Part shown: positions 27,584 to 38,122 of the stretch, piece by piece | Numbering within the stretch: the stretch's first letter is position 1 | How the letters are laid out: each line of letters starts with the position of its first letter | Assembly (NCBI GenBank): GCA_965217585.1 | Contig: OZ244561.1 | Span: forward strand, 1,216,001 to 1,280,000 | DNA: 64,000 bases | From: Candidatus Latescibacterota bacterium | Lineage (GTDB): Bacteria > Latescibacterota > UBA2968 > UBA8231 | Reading direction: 5' to 3' | Program-made: the position numbers and the translations under genes | The notes under the pieces: model-generated | The model's input: the letters and a program-made list of their open reading frames with translations, nothing else | Told to the model about the DNA's origin: nothing | Database searches by the model: none

Positions 27584-28138
27584 ATGAGGTTCATAGTATT
27601 AATCGTTACTGTAATCGGGATCGCAACCCCGGCCAACGGTGAAGATGAAGCGATGGCTATTCTCAAGGCACTGGGGCGTGCGGATTCCCTGCTAGCGCAA
27701 GGCCAGTCTGATCAGGCGTTAGATGAATACGTAGGGGTGAGGAGGGCGTTTGCCAGATATATGGAGCCGCGGATAGAAGCGAGGATCTACAATAGAATAG
27801 CCGTAATATCTCTTTACGGTGGTTATCGTAAGGCGGCTGAATCCCTGCAAAAATCGCTCGCTGAAGACCCTACGCAGGAACCGTTATTCACGATCTTGGA
27901 GAGGGTGATGCTGGAGAATATCGAACTCTACGACAGGATTGCCATCATCCTCGACGAAGTTGGGCTTTCTGCCGAAGCGCACGAGTATCGCGAGCAGGTT
28001 AAAGATCGTCGCTATTTTGCCGAGGTACTAACGGCCGCACTCGAACCTCTGAGAAAAAAATCGCTTAAGGAGACTATGGAGATGCTTCCAAAGACCCGGG
28101 AGTACTTGGAGAAACGATTAAAATCAGAACAACGATAA
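27584..28138 (+). CDS. Secreted helical/TPR-like hypothetical protein
   Basis: Signal peptide; RBS gaggtg. Confidence 0.65.
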   Translation: MRFIVLIVTVIGIATPANGEDEAMAILKALGRADSLLAQGQSDQALDEYVGVRRAFARYMEPRIEARIYNRIAVISLYGGYRKAAESLQKSLAEDPTQEPLFTILERVMLENIELYDRIAIILDEVGLSAEAHEYREQVKDRRYFAEVLTAALEPLRKKSLKETMEMLPKTREYLEKRLKSEQR

Positions 28139-28241
28139 CGCCTATTACACTGAATTCGGTTACGCTGTGTGGCGGCCCCGACTCGAGCCGGTCTAACCTT
28201 AAGCGTTCGTCCAAGGAGAAAATCTCGGTCATGGTTGTCAT

Positions 28242-28269
28242 ACTCCCGATAGGTTGTAAGTTTTGCAAG
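28242..28269 (-). other. Putative recombinase site F (same arm as island 1 sites)
   Basis: Minus strand: cttgcaaaact-tacaac-ctatcgggagt(a). Confidence 0.5.
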
Positions 28270-28344
28270 CCGGAAAAATCCCATATCGGCCAGCGCCAGC
28301 GGTTGTAGTCCGCCTTGTGTCGCCCTTAACCAAGAAGGTGTATC

Positions 28345-29166
28345 ATGCTGAAAATGTTCGTCTTATTCGTTGCGATCCTTGCCACTTACAAGCAAGATCT
28401 GGGTGCCTTAGAAGGGGACTGTTCAACGCACTCAATAGCGGGGACATGGTGGGGGACAATAGGAGAAGCCAATGTGCATCAAACATGGGCCAGACTGTCT
28501 ATTGCACATCGGGCGTTCAAGCCAGAGATTGTCGAGAACTGGCGGAATATGTTTCCAACGCCCGCCGACCAACCCGGGTCCGGGCCCTACGGTTGTGTTT
28601 ATGATTTTACTTTCACCGACTTCTATAAAGACAGAGCACCGCTTAAAGAATACGAAGCCAAAGGCGTTATTGTTGTTACAAAGAGCGAAAGGCGGGACGC
28701 GCTGGTCTTCCTAACATTAGAAAGCAAAGCCACGCGCTACTATTTCTACGACAGCGCCATCTTTAAAAAACGGTTGCACGACTACGGCACAACAGATGAA
28801 ACCGAAGAAACGAGAGCGGCAATAGACAGTCTGCGGACTTCAAGGGGATTGTCTAGCTACCATGACGCCAGCACGATCTACTTCGAGGAAATGTTTATTA
28901 AAGAAGGGGGTTACGGAACACCAATAGGATTGCAGTCCCATTTTGAGTCAAACTATACCGACTACAGCTACGAAGCTTTTAAGATCCACGATACCAACAC
29001 CGCCGTGCTGTTGGACAAGGATGAGGTTATCTTTCTCGAAAACGATGGGGATTGGATGGAAGGGAATTCCGCCCCTTGGTTTGCCGAGCATATATGGTAT
29101 CGCGAAACAGACAAAAACAAAGGTTCTTTTATACGCAGGTTGCGCGGGGATAATCCGCCATATTGA
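28345..29166 (+). CDS. Secreted hypothetical protein
   Basis: Hydrophobic N-terminus, RBS aaggtg, 273-aa lower-GC ORF. Confidence 0.65.
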   Translation: MLKMFVLFVAILATYKQDLGALEGDCSTHSIAGTWWGTIGEANVHQTWARLSIAHRAFKPEIVENWRNMFPTPADQPGSGPYGCVYDFTFTDFYKDRAPLKEYEAKGVIVVTKSERRDALVFLTLESKATRYYFYDSAIFKKRLHDYGTTDETEETRAAIDSLRTSRGLSSYHDASTIYFEEMFIKEGGYGTPIGLQSHFESNYTDYSYEAFKIHDTNTAVLLDKDEVIFLENDGDWMEGNSAPWFAEHIWYRETDKNKGSFIRRLRGDNPPY

Positions 29167-29234
29167 AGACTAATTCGTGGGTTGAAGAGATTTTATTACG
29201 GAAGGTTAGCTGAATACGAAAAGACGCGAATCGA

Positions 29235-29411
29235 CGACAATCTGAAGGCGCGTAGCTGGGCCAATCAACAGGTCGAAAGTCGCTTGGGCTGTGCCATCCT
29301 CAATCGAATGATCCATGGAGGCAAACCTGAGTCGTGTAGAATAAAAAAAGCAACTGACCAAAAAACAACATTCCACAAGGCTATCCCCGATAAGATTCAT
29401 GCAACAACGCC
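29235..29411 (+). mobile_element. IS5-family (IS903-group) 3' remnant
   Basis: LKARSWANQQVESRLGCAILNRM transposase tail; terminal ttcatgcaacaacgcc resembles the IS903 TIR. Confidence 0.75.
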
Positions 29412-29660
29412 GACAGGAACTGTAATAGTCGATTACCATCAGGAGATATATCTATATGGGTGAGAAAGAGTTCACAGGTTCTCTTACAGATTATATTATT
29501 GATTACCGAAAAGGGCTGACTAGTCAATTAATAAGTATAATCGATGAGAGAATTGATGAATTATGGCCTCTAATAAAGAATAGTCATATCGACGATGAGA
29601 GAATTTTTGAGATCATAGAGCACATTGTAGGACTTGGTTTTGTTGTGCTTCAACAATATA

Positions 29661-30797
29661 TAGCAGTCCTAAATGACTTGAGAGGTTTTGGTTTTTTCTT
29701 ATCTTGCTTCTATGTTTTCTCATGCTTGTTCTTTTTTAGGAGTGTTTTCTATGGTTTCGGATTCGTCTTTATCGGCGTTTATCGCGAGCAATCCCGACGC
29801 CCGCGAACTGAAACGGGCGTTAGCGGTTCAGATGACGCTTTTGGGGCTTAAACAAGGTGCGATTCAAGCGATTCTCGGTGTGCAGTCGAGCTTCATCAGT
29901 ACGTGGAAGCAGCGCTATCTGGCCGAAGGGGTCGCTTGTTTTCGCTTAGGCTATAAAGGCTCACAGCCGTATTTGTCGGCGGATCAGCGCGCCCAAATCA
30001 ACGCTTGGTTAGCGACCCAGTCGCACCCTTCGGTCGCCTCATTAGCCTCCTATATCCAAACGCAGTTTGGGGTCGTGTTTCGCTCATCGCAAAGCTATTA
30101 CGATCTGCTTGCTCAGGCGGGCTATAGCTGGAAAAAGGCCCAAGCTCGGCACCCCAAGACCGATCCCCAACAGGGGCTTTCTAAACGCGAAGCGATTAAA
30201 AAAAACTAACCGAGCATAAGGCCGAACTCCAAGCGGGTCAAGTCAGTGCCTTTTTCATCGATGAATCGCATCTACACTGGGGCGATGCCTGCGGCTATGG
30301 CTGGGGGCGTCGAGACCAACGGCTGGAGGTGGCCATTGAAAATGGACGGCAACGACAAACCTATTATGGGGCGTTGGATATAGTCAAGGGCACCTTTCTC
30401 ATGCAACCATATCCCAAGGCCAATGCACACTATACGGTCGATTTTATACGCTACCTACAACAACAGCGTCCCGGACAAAAGTTATTGATCTTTTGGGATG
30501 GGGTGTCCTATCATCACCAACAGGCCATGCGCGATTTTCTACAAACGATGCAGGCCGATCTACCGCCTGATGAATGGAAGATATGCTGTACGCGATTAGC
30601 GCCCTATACACCGCAAGAAAACCCGGTCGAAGACATCTGGTTAAAAGGCAAGACTTTTGTCCGTACCCATGCGGTATGGACCACCTGTTTTGAACAGATT
30701 AAAGACCTATTTGTCAAGGGCATTCGACAGAAAAAATACTTCCAATTCCCTAAGTTAAGCCAATATAATTTGGCACTTAAATGATTTAGGACGGCTA
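29661..30797 (+). mobile_element. IS630-family insertion sequence
   Basis: TIRs tagcagtcctaaatga / tgatttaggacggcta; TA target duplication. Confidence 0.92.
29751..30784 (+). CDS. IS630 transposase, two ORFs joined by a probable -1 frameshift
   Basis: HTH ORF 29751-30209; A8 slippery run 30198-30205; DDE motifs FIDES, FWDG, NPVEDIW in the -1 frame. Confidence 0.88.
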
Positions 30798-31133
30798 TAT
30801 GACAGTCGTGTACGGGAATTTACAAAAAGAGAAAAAAGATGTGCTGCCGAAGGGGCCGAAACACGAAAGTGGTAATACTTTCGTGAAAATAGTTGATGCC
30901 TCAGCCAATTACTGGAAGCATAATAGTGAATGGCCATTAGATAAATCTTGTAATCGTAAAGAAAAGATCGAGGCTATTTTTAAGATGGTTTCTATTAATG
31001 ATCATCCTATTTCTGTCAATGATGATTATCCATTGGGTAATATATTATTTGATTTGTCGCATACTGAGAAAGAACAGTTTAATGCCGTTTTCAAAAAAAT
31101 ACTAGAATGGCGGAATGAACTAAATCGATAATC

Positions 31134-31320
31134 TAACTACTTGAAAACGACAGATTTCAGTCCTACTATTTTCATAACTGACTGCCCAACAACGAGTTAT
31201 ACAGATTAAATTTTGGAAATGGAAAATCCCGATTTTCAATCAGTATTCTTCTAGTTTCCCTATGAGAAGCGTTACTAGAAAATCTCGATTTGGGGTAAAC
31301 CCGTCGTTTTCAAGTAATTA
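31134..31320. mobile_element. MITE or IS remnant with 24-bp TIRs
   Basis: taactacttgaaaacgacagattt and aaacccgtcgttttcaagtaatta are 21/24 inverted; non-coding interior. Confidence 0.6.
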
Positions 31321-31335
31321 CTCCGTAAAATGGGA

Positions 31336-32739
31336 GAGATATTGTCAAATGTTGTGGATCAGGGCCGAGCGTATCCTAGTGCATTAGGCGGCTTTTTTGA
31401 TGATCCCATCGCTAAATTCCACGCCTTCGACGACTTTTTTCAGCCACTTATAGCCGTGTAAGCGCTGCCATTTTTTTTCGGCTTCGGTCACCAGTTTGTA
31501 GACCATCATCAGGGTGGCTTTGCGTGAGCCACAGCCCTTGGTCTGGCGGGTGCGGTGGCGCACCGTGCTAAAGGTTGATTCGATCGGATTGGTGGTGCGC
31601 AGGTGACGCCAGTGGTGGGCTGGAAACTGATAGAAGGTAAACAGGGCGTCTTTATCTTTTTGTAGGCCGTCGCAGGCTTTGGGGTATTTGGCCTCATACA
31701 AGGCGATAAACCGATCATACTGATCCAGCGCCTCGGCGCGGGTATCGGCCCCATAGATCTGGTGGATCAGTTCCTTCGCCTTGGGCTGTTGACTTTTGGG
31801 CAGGGTATCCAGCACATTCGCCGTTTTATGAACCCAACAGCGCTGCGCTTGGGTAGCCGGATATTCCTCCCGCAACGCTGCCCAAAAACCCAACCCGCCA
31901 TCGCCGATGGCCACCGCCGGGGCCTGGGTTAGCCCCCGGGCTTTGAGGTCTTGGAGGAGCGCCTGCCACGACAGTTTGCTCTCGCGCTGGCCGTCCTCGA
32001 TGGCGACCAGCTCTTTGCGGCCGTCTCGGGTGGCCCCAATGACGACCAACACGCAGGGCCGATCGGCGGCCAAGCGGACGTTGAAATAGATTCCGTCAGC
32101 CCAGATATAGACATAGTGCTTGTCGGTCAAATCCCGCTGGTGCCACCGCTGGTATTCCTCCTCCCAAAGCGCTTTGAGCCGGACGATATTGGCCGGGGAT
32201 AACCCGGATACGCCCTCGCCCAAAATCGCGCTCAACGCCGCGGGAAATTGCGCGGTGGACACCCCTTTGAGATAGAGGGCGGGGATCAGCGCGTCAATTG
32301 AGGGGCTGCGCCGCAGATAGGGCGGCAAAATCGCGCTGGTAAAGTGGTGCTCAGCACGTCGGTCGTGAACCCGGGGCTGGCGGATAGGAATCTTGCCTAC
32401 CCCCGTGACCACCTCGCGCGCGGGGTGACGGCCATTGCGCACCACCAACTGGTGCCCCGACCCATCGCGCTGCGCCTTGTTCCGCTCAATATAGGCCTCC
32501 ACTTCCAACTCTAAAGCCGCCTGCAACATCCGACGAGCCCCTTCGCGCAGCATGGCTTCCAAGCTGCTTTGGGTTTCTTCCTCGATTAGCGTAGCCACCT
32601 CAGCGGCAGTATATTCTTGCAGGACGAGGTATCCTTTCCCCCGCAGAAGCGAGGACGTTTAATAGGTTGAGCGCTATTAAAACGTAGGATACGCTCGTTG
32701 TGCGCTCAATCCCGCATCCACAACTTTTGAATATACCTC
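31336..32739 (-). mobile_element. IS256-family insertion sequence
   Basis: TIRs gagatattgtcaaatgttgtggat / atccacaacttttgaatatacctc; 9-bp TSD AAAATGGGA. Confidence 0.93.
31384..32598 (-). CDS. IS256 transposase
   Basis: WADG, IGDG, QRCWVHK, RTTNPIES. Confidence 0.95.
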   Translation of the reverse strand: MATLIEEETQSSLEAMLREGARRMLQAALELEVEAYIERNKAQRDGSGHQLVVRNGRHPAREVVTGVGKIPIRQPRVHDRRAEHHFTSAILPPYLRRSPSIDALIPALYLKGVSTAQFPAALSAILGEGVSGLSPANIVRLKALWEEEYQRWHQRDLTDKHYVYIWADGIYFNVRLAADRPCVLVVIGATRDGRKELVAIEDGQRESKLSWQALLQDLKARGLTQAPAVAIGDGGLGFWAALREEYPATQAQRCWVHKTANVLDTLPKSQQPKAKELIHQIYGADTRAEALDQYDRFIALYEAKYPKACDGLQKDKDALFTFYQFPAHHWRHLRTTNPIESTFSTVRHRTRQTKGCGSRKATLMMVYKLVTEAEKKWQRLHGYKWLKKVVEGVEFSDGIIKKAA

Positions 32740-32756
32740 AAAATGGGACTGATTCT

Positions 32757-33680
32757 ATGAAATACTATTTAACTCGTGCGACGTTCGGAGCGACCGATCT
32801 TGAAATCGATGAGAACGAATACGAGGACTACAAGGAGTCAAGTAAGGTTCTATCAAACTGCCTGTCCCTTGAGGAGAGCTATGAAATTCTGATCTCAAAC
32901 TATATCGATCTGGAAAATGAGCAGCTAGCGTGGGCAACGCTTAGCATGGTACGGAACGTTTCGGACGATGATTTTTTTAACGTAACACTCTCGTTAGATC
33001 GGCGAATGGTAAATTTTTTGGCAACAGCCCGTCTGCATATTGAACATCTTCAGAAGAGGGGAGGCGATTGCATGAGAGGCCAGGCCGTTGAAGAAGTGAA
33101 GGCCGACATTAAGTCGTTCTGCGATGCTGAAGCCGATAAACCGGAATATAAGTTCATGTGGGATCTCCGAAATGAAGTACTGCACTCGAGCTTAGCAACT
33201 CACTGGTTTAGTTTCTCTACAAGTCGGGCGAACTCGTTTGATGATCCAATCCCAAAGCTCGCGTTCTCGTTAAAATTCGGATCGTTAAAATCGTCATTCA
33301 CCGCTGGTTTTAAACCCGGGGAACTCGATACCATCTCAAGCGACGACCAGATCGATTTGGTATCTCTTACTAGGGTCTATATGGAGTCCCTCAGCACTAT
33401 TCAAGTAAAGTTTAGAGAGTACGTAGCAGAGTCGGTTAATCAAGCGCGTAGCAAAATGGAAGAGGCTTTCTGTCGGTACAGAGAAGTATGTGAGGATAGC
33501 CTAATCTATCTAGAGCTTTGGAAAGTTGGCGACTTGGATAAGGATAAGATTATCGAGGAGTCAGCCTTCTCTTTGTTCTATGACGACCAGCGCGTTCAGT
33601 TACAAGATAAGAACCGTGAGCTCGTCAACCTACGTAACAGCCATGTAACTGGAAAACAGGCCGAAAAGGAGCAAACCTCA
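32757..33680 (+). CDS. HEPN-like hypothetical protein, read through in frame into the lactonase
   Basis: Lower GC, helical, LRNEVLH (RxxxxH); no stop before 33681. Confidence 0.55.
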
Positions 33681-34703
33681 ATGACCGCACAAGAACGACC
33701 CGTCGTCTTCGTCTCGCTCACCGGCGACGAAGCCATCAAACTCTACGACCTCGACCCCCAATCGGGCGCATTGGAACTGCGCGCCACCAGTCCAGCACAC
33801 GGCCCTTCGGGCGCGCTCTTTTTGCACCCGTCGCGTCCCGTGCTCTACGACGCCCACGTCATGTCCACGACCCTCGCCAGCTTCCGCCTCGACACCGCAT
33901 CGGGGGAATTGACCCTGATCAACAAGGTGGATACCGGCATCGACATCCCCGCCCACCTGATTACCGACCGCGCCGGTCGCTTCCTGCTGACGGCCTACTA
34001 CGGAGGGGGCGGCGTCACGGTACACCGCCTAGGCGACGACGGGGCCATCGGCGACCTCGTCCAGCGCATCGACACCGGCCCCAGGGGCCACGCCGTCCTG
34101 CTGACCGAGGACGAGCGCTTTGTCTTCGTACCTCACGTCTGCCCCAACAACAAGACCAGCCAGTTCCGCTTCGACGCCAGCACCGGCCAACTCTCGCCCA
34201 ACGACCCGTCCGTGCTGGCTCCGCCGGCGGGCGACCCCGGCCCCCGGCATATATGCTTCCGCCCACTCGGCGACGTCGCGTACATTGTCAATGAGCAGGC
34301 CAACACACTCACCGCCCACCGCTTCGACTCCGCGGGCGGCACCCTCTCCATCTTCCAAGACATCTCGACCCTGCCCGCGGACTACGCCGAAGGCGGGAAC
34401 ACCGCCCACGTCGAAATCCACCCCAACGGCCAGTGGTGCTACGCATCCAATCGCGGCCACGACAGCATCGTCGGCTATAACATCGACGCCGAGGGCGCGC
34501 TCAGCCCGTTTGGGCACTACCCAGTGCCGGCCAGCCCGCGCTCGTTCAACATCGACCCGACCGGCACGTACCTGTACTGCGCCGGAGAAGCAGCCGACCG
34601 CATGACCTGTTATCAGGTCGATGCAACCAGCGGCGCACTACAGCCCATCGCGGATTACGAAGTGGGCAGTAAACCGTTTTGGGTCATGGTGACGACCCTT
34701 TAG
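33681..34703 (+). CDS. Lactonase family (6-phosphogluconolactonase-like) beta-propeller
   Basis: AYYGGG, GPRH, YASNRGHDSI, PRSF; own RBS aaggag and ATG. Confidence 0.9.
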   Translation: MTAQERPVVFVSLTGDEAIKLYDLDPQSGALELRATSPAHGPSGALFLHPSRPVLYDAHVMSTTLASFRLDTASGELTLINKVDTGIDIPAHLITDRAGRFLLTAYYGGGGVTVHRLGDDGAIGDLVQRIDTGPRGHAVLLTEDERFVFVPHVCPNNKTSQFRFDASTGQLSPNDPSVLAPPAGDPGPRHICFRPLGDVAYIVNEQANTLTAHRFDSAGGTLSIFQDISTLPADYAEGGNTAHVEIHPNGQWCYASNRGHDSIVGYNIDAEGALSPFGHYPVPASPRSFNIDPTGTYLYCAGEAADRMTCYQVDATSGALQPIADYEVGSKPFWVMVTTL

Positions 34704-34711
34704 AGGCCGTG

Positions 34712-34754
34712 AATGTCACCCCACATCGGCGCTCATCTGCGTTCATCTGCGGAT
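34712..34754. repeat. Short dispersed intergenic repeat, copy 2
   Basis: Matches 61-103. Confidence 0.7.
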
Positions 34755-34758
34755 CGTC

Positions 34759-36015
34759 TTAGGCCAGCCCAAGAGCCTCGTCGATGTCCTGCTGATAGGC
34801 CCGCACGGCTCCGCTCAGAATCTCCTCCATAGACAGCGAACGCTCGGCGAGCGCCGACTCATAGGCTCCTACAATCGCCGCGACGGCCTGCATCCCGCCT
34901 AGGCCATCCACTTCGGGTTGGCTGCCGGTGAGTATGGCTTGGGCAAAGTCGTGGTACTCGATGGCCAAGTGTCGGGAGTCGATTTCGTAGAAAGATGTTG
35001 CAGACGGATCGTATTCTACGCCGTCGGCACCGAAGAGACGCTCGGTGATCTCGTCGAGGTGAAAGTCCGGCAGGAGCGAGAGGATTTCGCGGCCTTTTAG
35101 CTCCTTGCCTTCCAAGCGCAGCACCGCGGGCCGGCCATTGCGGTCGCCGGGAGAATAGAGCGCGCCCCAGCGGCCGTGGACGCTGCGCTCCCGTCCCCGA
35201 CCACCGCGGCCCGCCACCAACACGAGTTGCGCCAGCGCACCAGACCGCATCCTATATAGCGCGACCACTGAATCCTCGCCTGTGGCCTCTACGCTTTCGG
35301 GATAGGTCTTAGCCCGCTCGCGGTAGGATTCGAGGGGGTGATCGTCGTAGCCTTCCGGCCTGCGCCGCACCGGCTCGACAATGAAGCCGCCGCCGAAAAC
35401 GTGCGCGTAGTCCCCCATGTAGTATTGGATGATGTCGCCGTAGTGGACGCCCATGTCCAAGCCAATGGCCCCCTTTTCCTTGAGATGGCGCCAAGGCGTA
35501 ATGGTTATGCGGTCGCTGCCGCCGGCCGATGCCTGGATCATCAAAAAGGGATCCCCGAGCAGGCCAGACTCGACGACGGCCCGCGCCAAGCGGTTGGGCG
35601 GGTCGCGGCGGTAGTTTTCGGCTGTGGCCAGCACGGCATTGCCGGTGTGGGCGGCGTCGATCATGGCTTGGCAGGCGCGCATGGTAATGCCGAGGGGCTT
35701 TTCCACCAGCGCGTGCTTGCCGGCCAGAAGGGCCGGCACGGCCACTTGGTGGTGCGTTGAGCCGTCGGTAACCACATCGACGGCCAAGATATCATCGCGC
35801 TTGAGCATCGAATCCATATCCGTAAAGATCAGCGGCTCGCGCCCGAATAGCCGCTGCACTTCGCGGGCGGCAAACTCGGCGTTCTCCCGGCGCACGTCGC
35901 AGACGGCCATCAATTCGACATTGCCAATGCCGCTCTCTTCCAACACCTTATAGGCCAGAATGTGGCGATGGCCCATGCCGCCGCAGCCGACGACGCAAAG
36001 CGGTACTTTTTCCAT
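34759..36015 (-). CDS. Gfo/Idh/MocA oxidoreductase
   Basis: VGCGGMG, VEKPL, ENYR, DMGVHYGD. Confidence 0.92.
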   Translation of the reverse strand: MEKVPLCVVGCGGMGHRHILAYKVLEESGIGNVELMAVCDVRRENAEFAAREVQRLFGREPLIFTDMDSMLKRDDILAVDVVTDGSTHHQVAVPALLAGKHALVEKPLGITMRACQAMIDAAHTGNAVLATAENYRRDPPNRLARAVVESGLLGDPFLMIQASAGGSDRITITPWRHLKEKGAIGLDMGVHYGDIIQYYMGDYAHVFGGGFIVEPVRRRPEGYDDHPLESYRERAKTYPESVEATGEDSVVALYRMRSGALAQLVLVAGRGGRGRERSVHGRWGALYSPGDRNGRPAVLRLEGKELKGREILSLLPDFHLDEITERLFGADGVEYDPSATSFYEIDSRHLAIEYHDFAQAILTGSQPEVDGLGGMQAVAAIVGAYESALAERSLSMEEILSGAVRAYQQDIDEALGLA

Positions 36016-36099
36016 AATAGGGTCTCCTGTTGTGTATGCGGAAGGTCGTACGCGGCTACGGGCGTTGTCAAGGGCACGGCAAAACGCGGAAGGAACATT

Positions 36100-38058
36100 T
36101 TGCTAAAGCGTTCTCCACCGACGACCAAGGGCTGCACGCCCAAGGCGCTGATCGTCGGACTGCTCGGTGCCCTTTGCATCGGCCTCGGCTCGACCTACAA
36201 CGACATGATCGTCAAAGGCTCCGGACTGGCCGTGTGGAACCTGACCCCCGCGGCGATCTTTCTCTTTTTTCTGCTAGTCGTCCTCTTAAACCCGCTCTTA
36301 AAGCTGCTGCATCCGCGCCTGCCCTTGCAGCGCGGCGAATTAGCCGTGGCCTTCTTCCTGATCCTGCTGGCCAACACCCTGTCGAGCCGTGGCCTGCCCG
36401 CGCAACTCCTGCCGGTAATCACCGGGGCCTATTACTACGCTACGCCAGAAAACGGTTGGGCCGAGATCGTCCAGCCCTATATGCCCGAATGGCCGGTGCC
36501 CCAAAGCCACGACGCCATCTGGGGCTTTTACGAAGGCGACCCGACCGGGGCCGTGCCATGGGCAATCTGGGCGACCCCCATGCTCTACTGGGCCATGTTC
36601 GGCCTAGCCCTTTTTCTGGCCATGGTCTGCCTGATGGTGATCGTGCGCCGGCAATGGGTAGAGCACGAGCGTCTGGCCTATCCCATGGTCCAGCTCCCGT
36701 TGGCCATGATCGCCGACGACGGGCGCGGACGAGCCATCAAACCCCTATTCCGCAGCGGGTTGATGTGGCTGGGATTCGCCATCCCGTTTGTCCTAGCTTC
36801 GATCAACGCTTTGCACAACTACTTCGTGGTCGTTCCTACCGTCAGCATCTCGCTGGGTGGCTTGTCGATATTCCGCGGCGTGGTGTCGCTGGGTTTGAGT
36901 CTAAACCTGTCGATGGTGGGATTCTCCTATTTCGTACCGCAGAACATCGCCTTGGGCTTGGTCTTTTTTTACATCGTGAATGTGGTGCAGCGCGGGTTGT
37001 TGGGGATGCTGGCTTGGGGGGGCAAGGACGAGACCATGGGCGCGTACAGTCAGTACACCGACCCAATCATCATCCACCAAGCCATGGGCGGCATGATCGT
37101 CTTGGTCGCGGGATCCCTGTGGGTGGGTCGGCACCATATAGGGAACGTGCTGCGCAAGGCCTTGGGCCGTGCGCCAGAGGTAGAAGACGCCGATGAAATT
37201 ACCTCCTATGGCGTGGCCGTATGGGGAGCCGTGGCCAGCTTCCTAGTGATGGGAGTCTGGCTGTGGCAATCCGGCATTCCGCTGCCCTTTGTTCCCCTGC
37301 TGCTGTTTGGCGCATTTGTCGGGTTTATGACCATTGCCCGCGTCGTCGCGCAAGGTGGGGTCGCGTCGATGTTTCCGCCGACCAACGGGCCGGACTTCGT
37401 CGTCGCCAATGTCGGGGGCACCGTGTTGGGCACTAAGGGCATGGCCGGCATGGCCCTGAGCTATGCCTGGAGCGTGGACACCTTGATCTTGCTGATGAGC
37501 GCCTGTGCCAACGGCCTGAAACTCGTCACCGAAATCAGCCTACCCCATCGCCGCCGCCTCTTCGGGGCCATCGTTGCAGTGATCATCCTGACGCTGGGCT
37601 GCGTCGTCGCCTTAACCCTCTATCTAAGCTATCAGTACGGGGCCATTAATTTGTCGCGATTTTATTTTGATAATGTCGCGCAATATCCCTATCGGTTCAT
37701 GGAGAAAAGTATTCTCAATCCATTCGAGCCGCGGCCGAGTACGTGGGCGCACATCGGCACTGGCGCGGCGATCATGGGCGGGTTGATGGCGGCCCAGCAC
37801 CGGTTCCTGTGGTGGCCTATCCACTCGCTCGGATTCCCGATTAGCTGCGTCTTTGGCTCGATGTGGTTCAGCGTGTTTGTCGCTTGGCTCCTCAAGAGCA
37901 CGGTGCTCAAATACGGCGGCCTGACGCTGTTGAATCACCTCAAACCCTTCTTTTTAGGGCTGATTCTGGGCGAAGCCGTAGTGGCCGGGACGTGGGTGCT
38001 CATCGACTATGTAACCGGTATGCAAAACAATCATCTGGGCGGGATTGTATTCCAGTGA
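36100..38058 (+). CDS. Multi-pass membrane protein (DUF6785/DUF6784-like, OPT-related putative transporter)
   Basis: RRQWVEHERLAYPMVQLP, WWPIHSLG, KPFFLGLILGE; TTG start inferred. Confidence 0.75.
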   Translation: MLKRSPPTTKGCTPKALIVGLLGALCIGLGSTYNDMIVKGSGLAVWNLTPAAIFLFFLLVVLLNPLLKLLHPRLPLQRGELAVAFFLILLANTLSSRGLPAQLLPVITGAYYYATPENGWAEIVQPYMPEWPVPQSHDAIWGFYEGDPTGAVPWAIWATPMLYWAMFGLALFLAMVCLMVIVRRQWVEHERLAYPMVQLPLAMIADDGRGRAIKPLFRSGLMWLGFAIPFVLASINALHNYFVVVPTVSISLGGLSIFRGVVSLGLSLNLSMVGFSYFVPQNIALGLVFFYIVNVVQRGLLGMLAWGGKDETMGAYSQYTDPIIIHQAMGGMIVLVAGSLWVGRHHIGNVLRKALGRAPEVEDADEITSYGVAVWGAVASFLVMGVWLWQSGIPLPFVPLLLFGAFVGFMTIARVVAQGGVASMFPPTNGPDFVVANVGGTVLGTKGMAGMALSYAWSVDTLILLMSACANGLKLVTEISLPHRRRLFGAIVAVIILTLGCVVALTLYLSYQYGAINLSRFYFDNVAQYPYRFMEKSILNPFEPRPSTWAHIGTGAAIMGGLMAAQHRFLWWPIHSLGFPISCVFGSMWFSVFVAWLLKSTVLKYGGLTLLNHLKPFFLGLILGEAVVAGTWVLIDYVTGMQNNHLGGIVFQ

Positions 38059-38122
38059 AGTGGCGCTTGAACGGTGCCGTTGAAACGGCTATCTTACCCC
38101 TCCTAAACAAAGGCCCAACCCC

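Larger units (their letters stand above)
29456..31131 (+). pseudogene. 178-aa hypothetical gene (ANYWKH motif) split by IS630
   Basis: Removing 29661-30799 restores ...LQQY-MTVVY... in frame. Confidence 0.8.
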
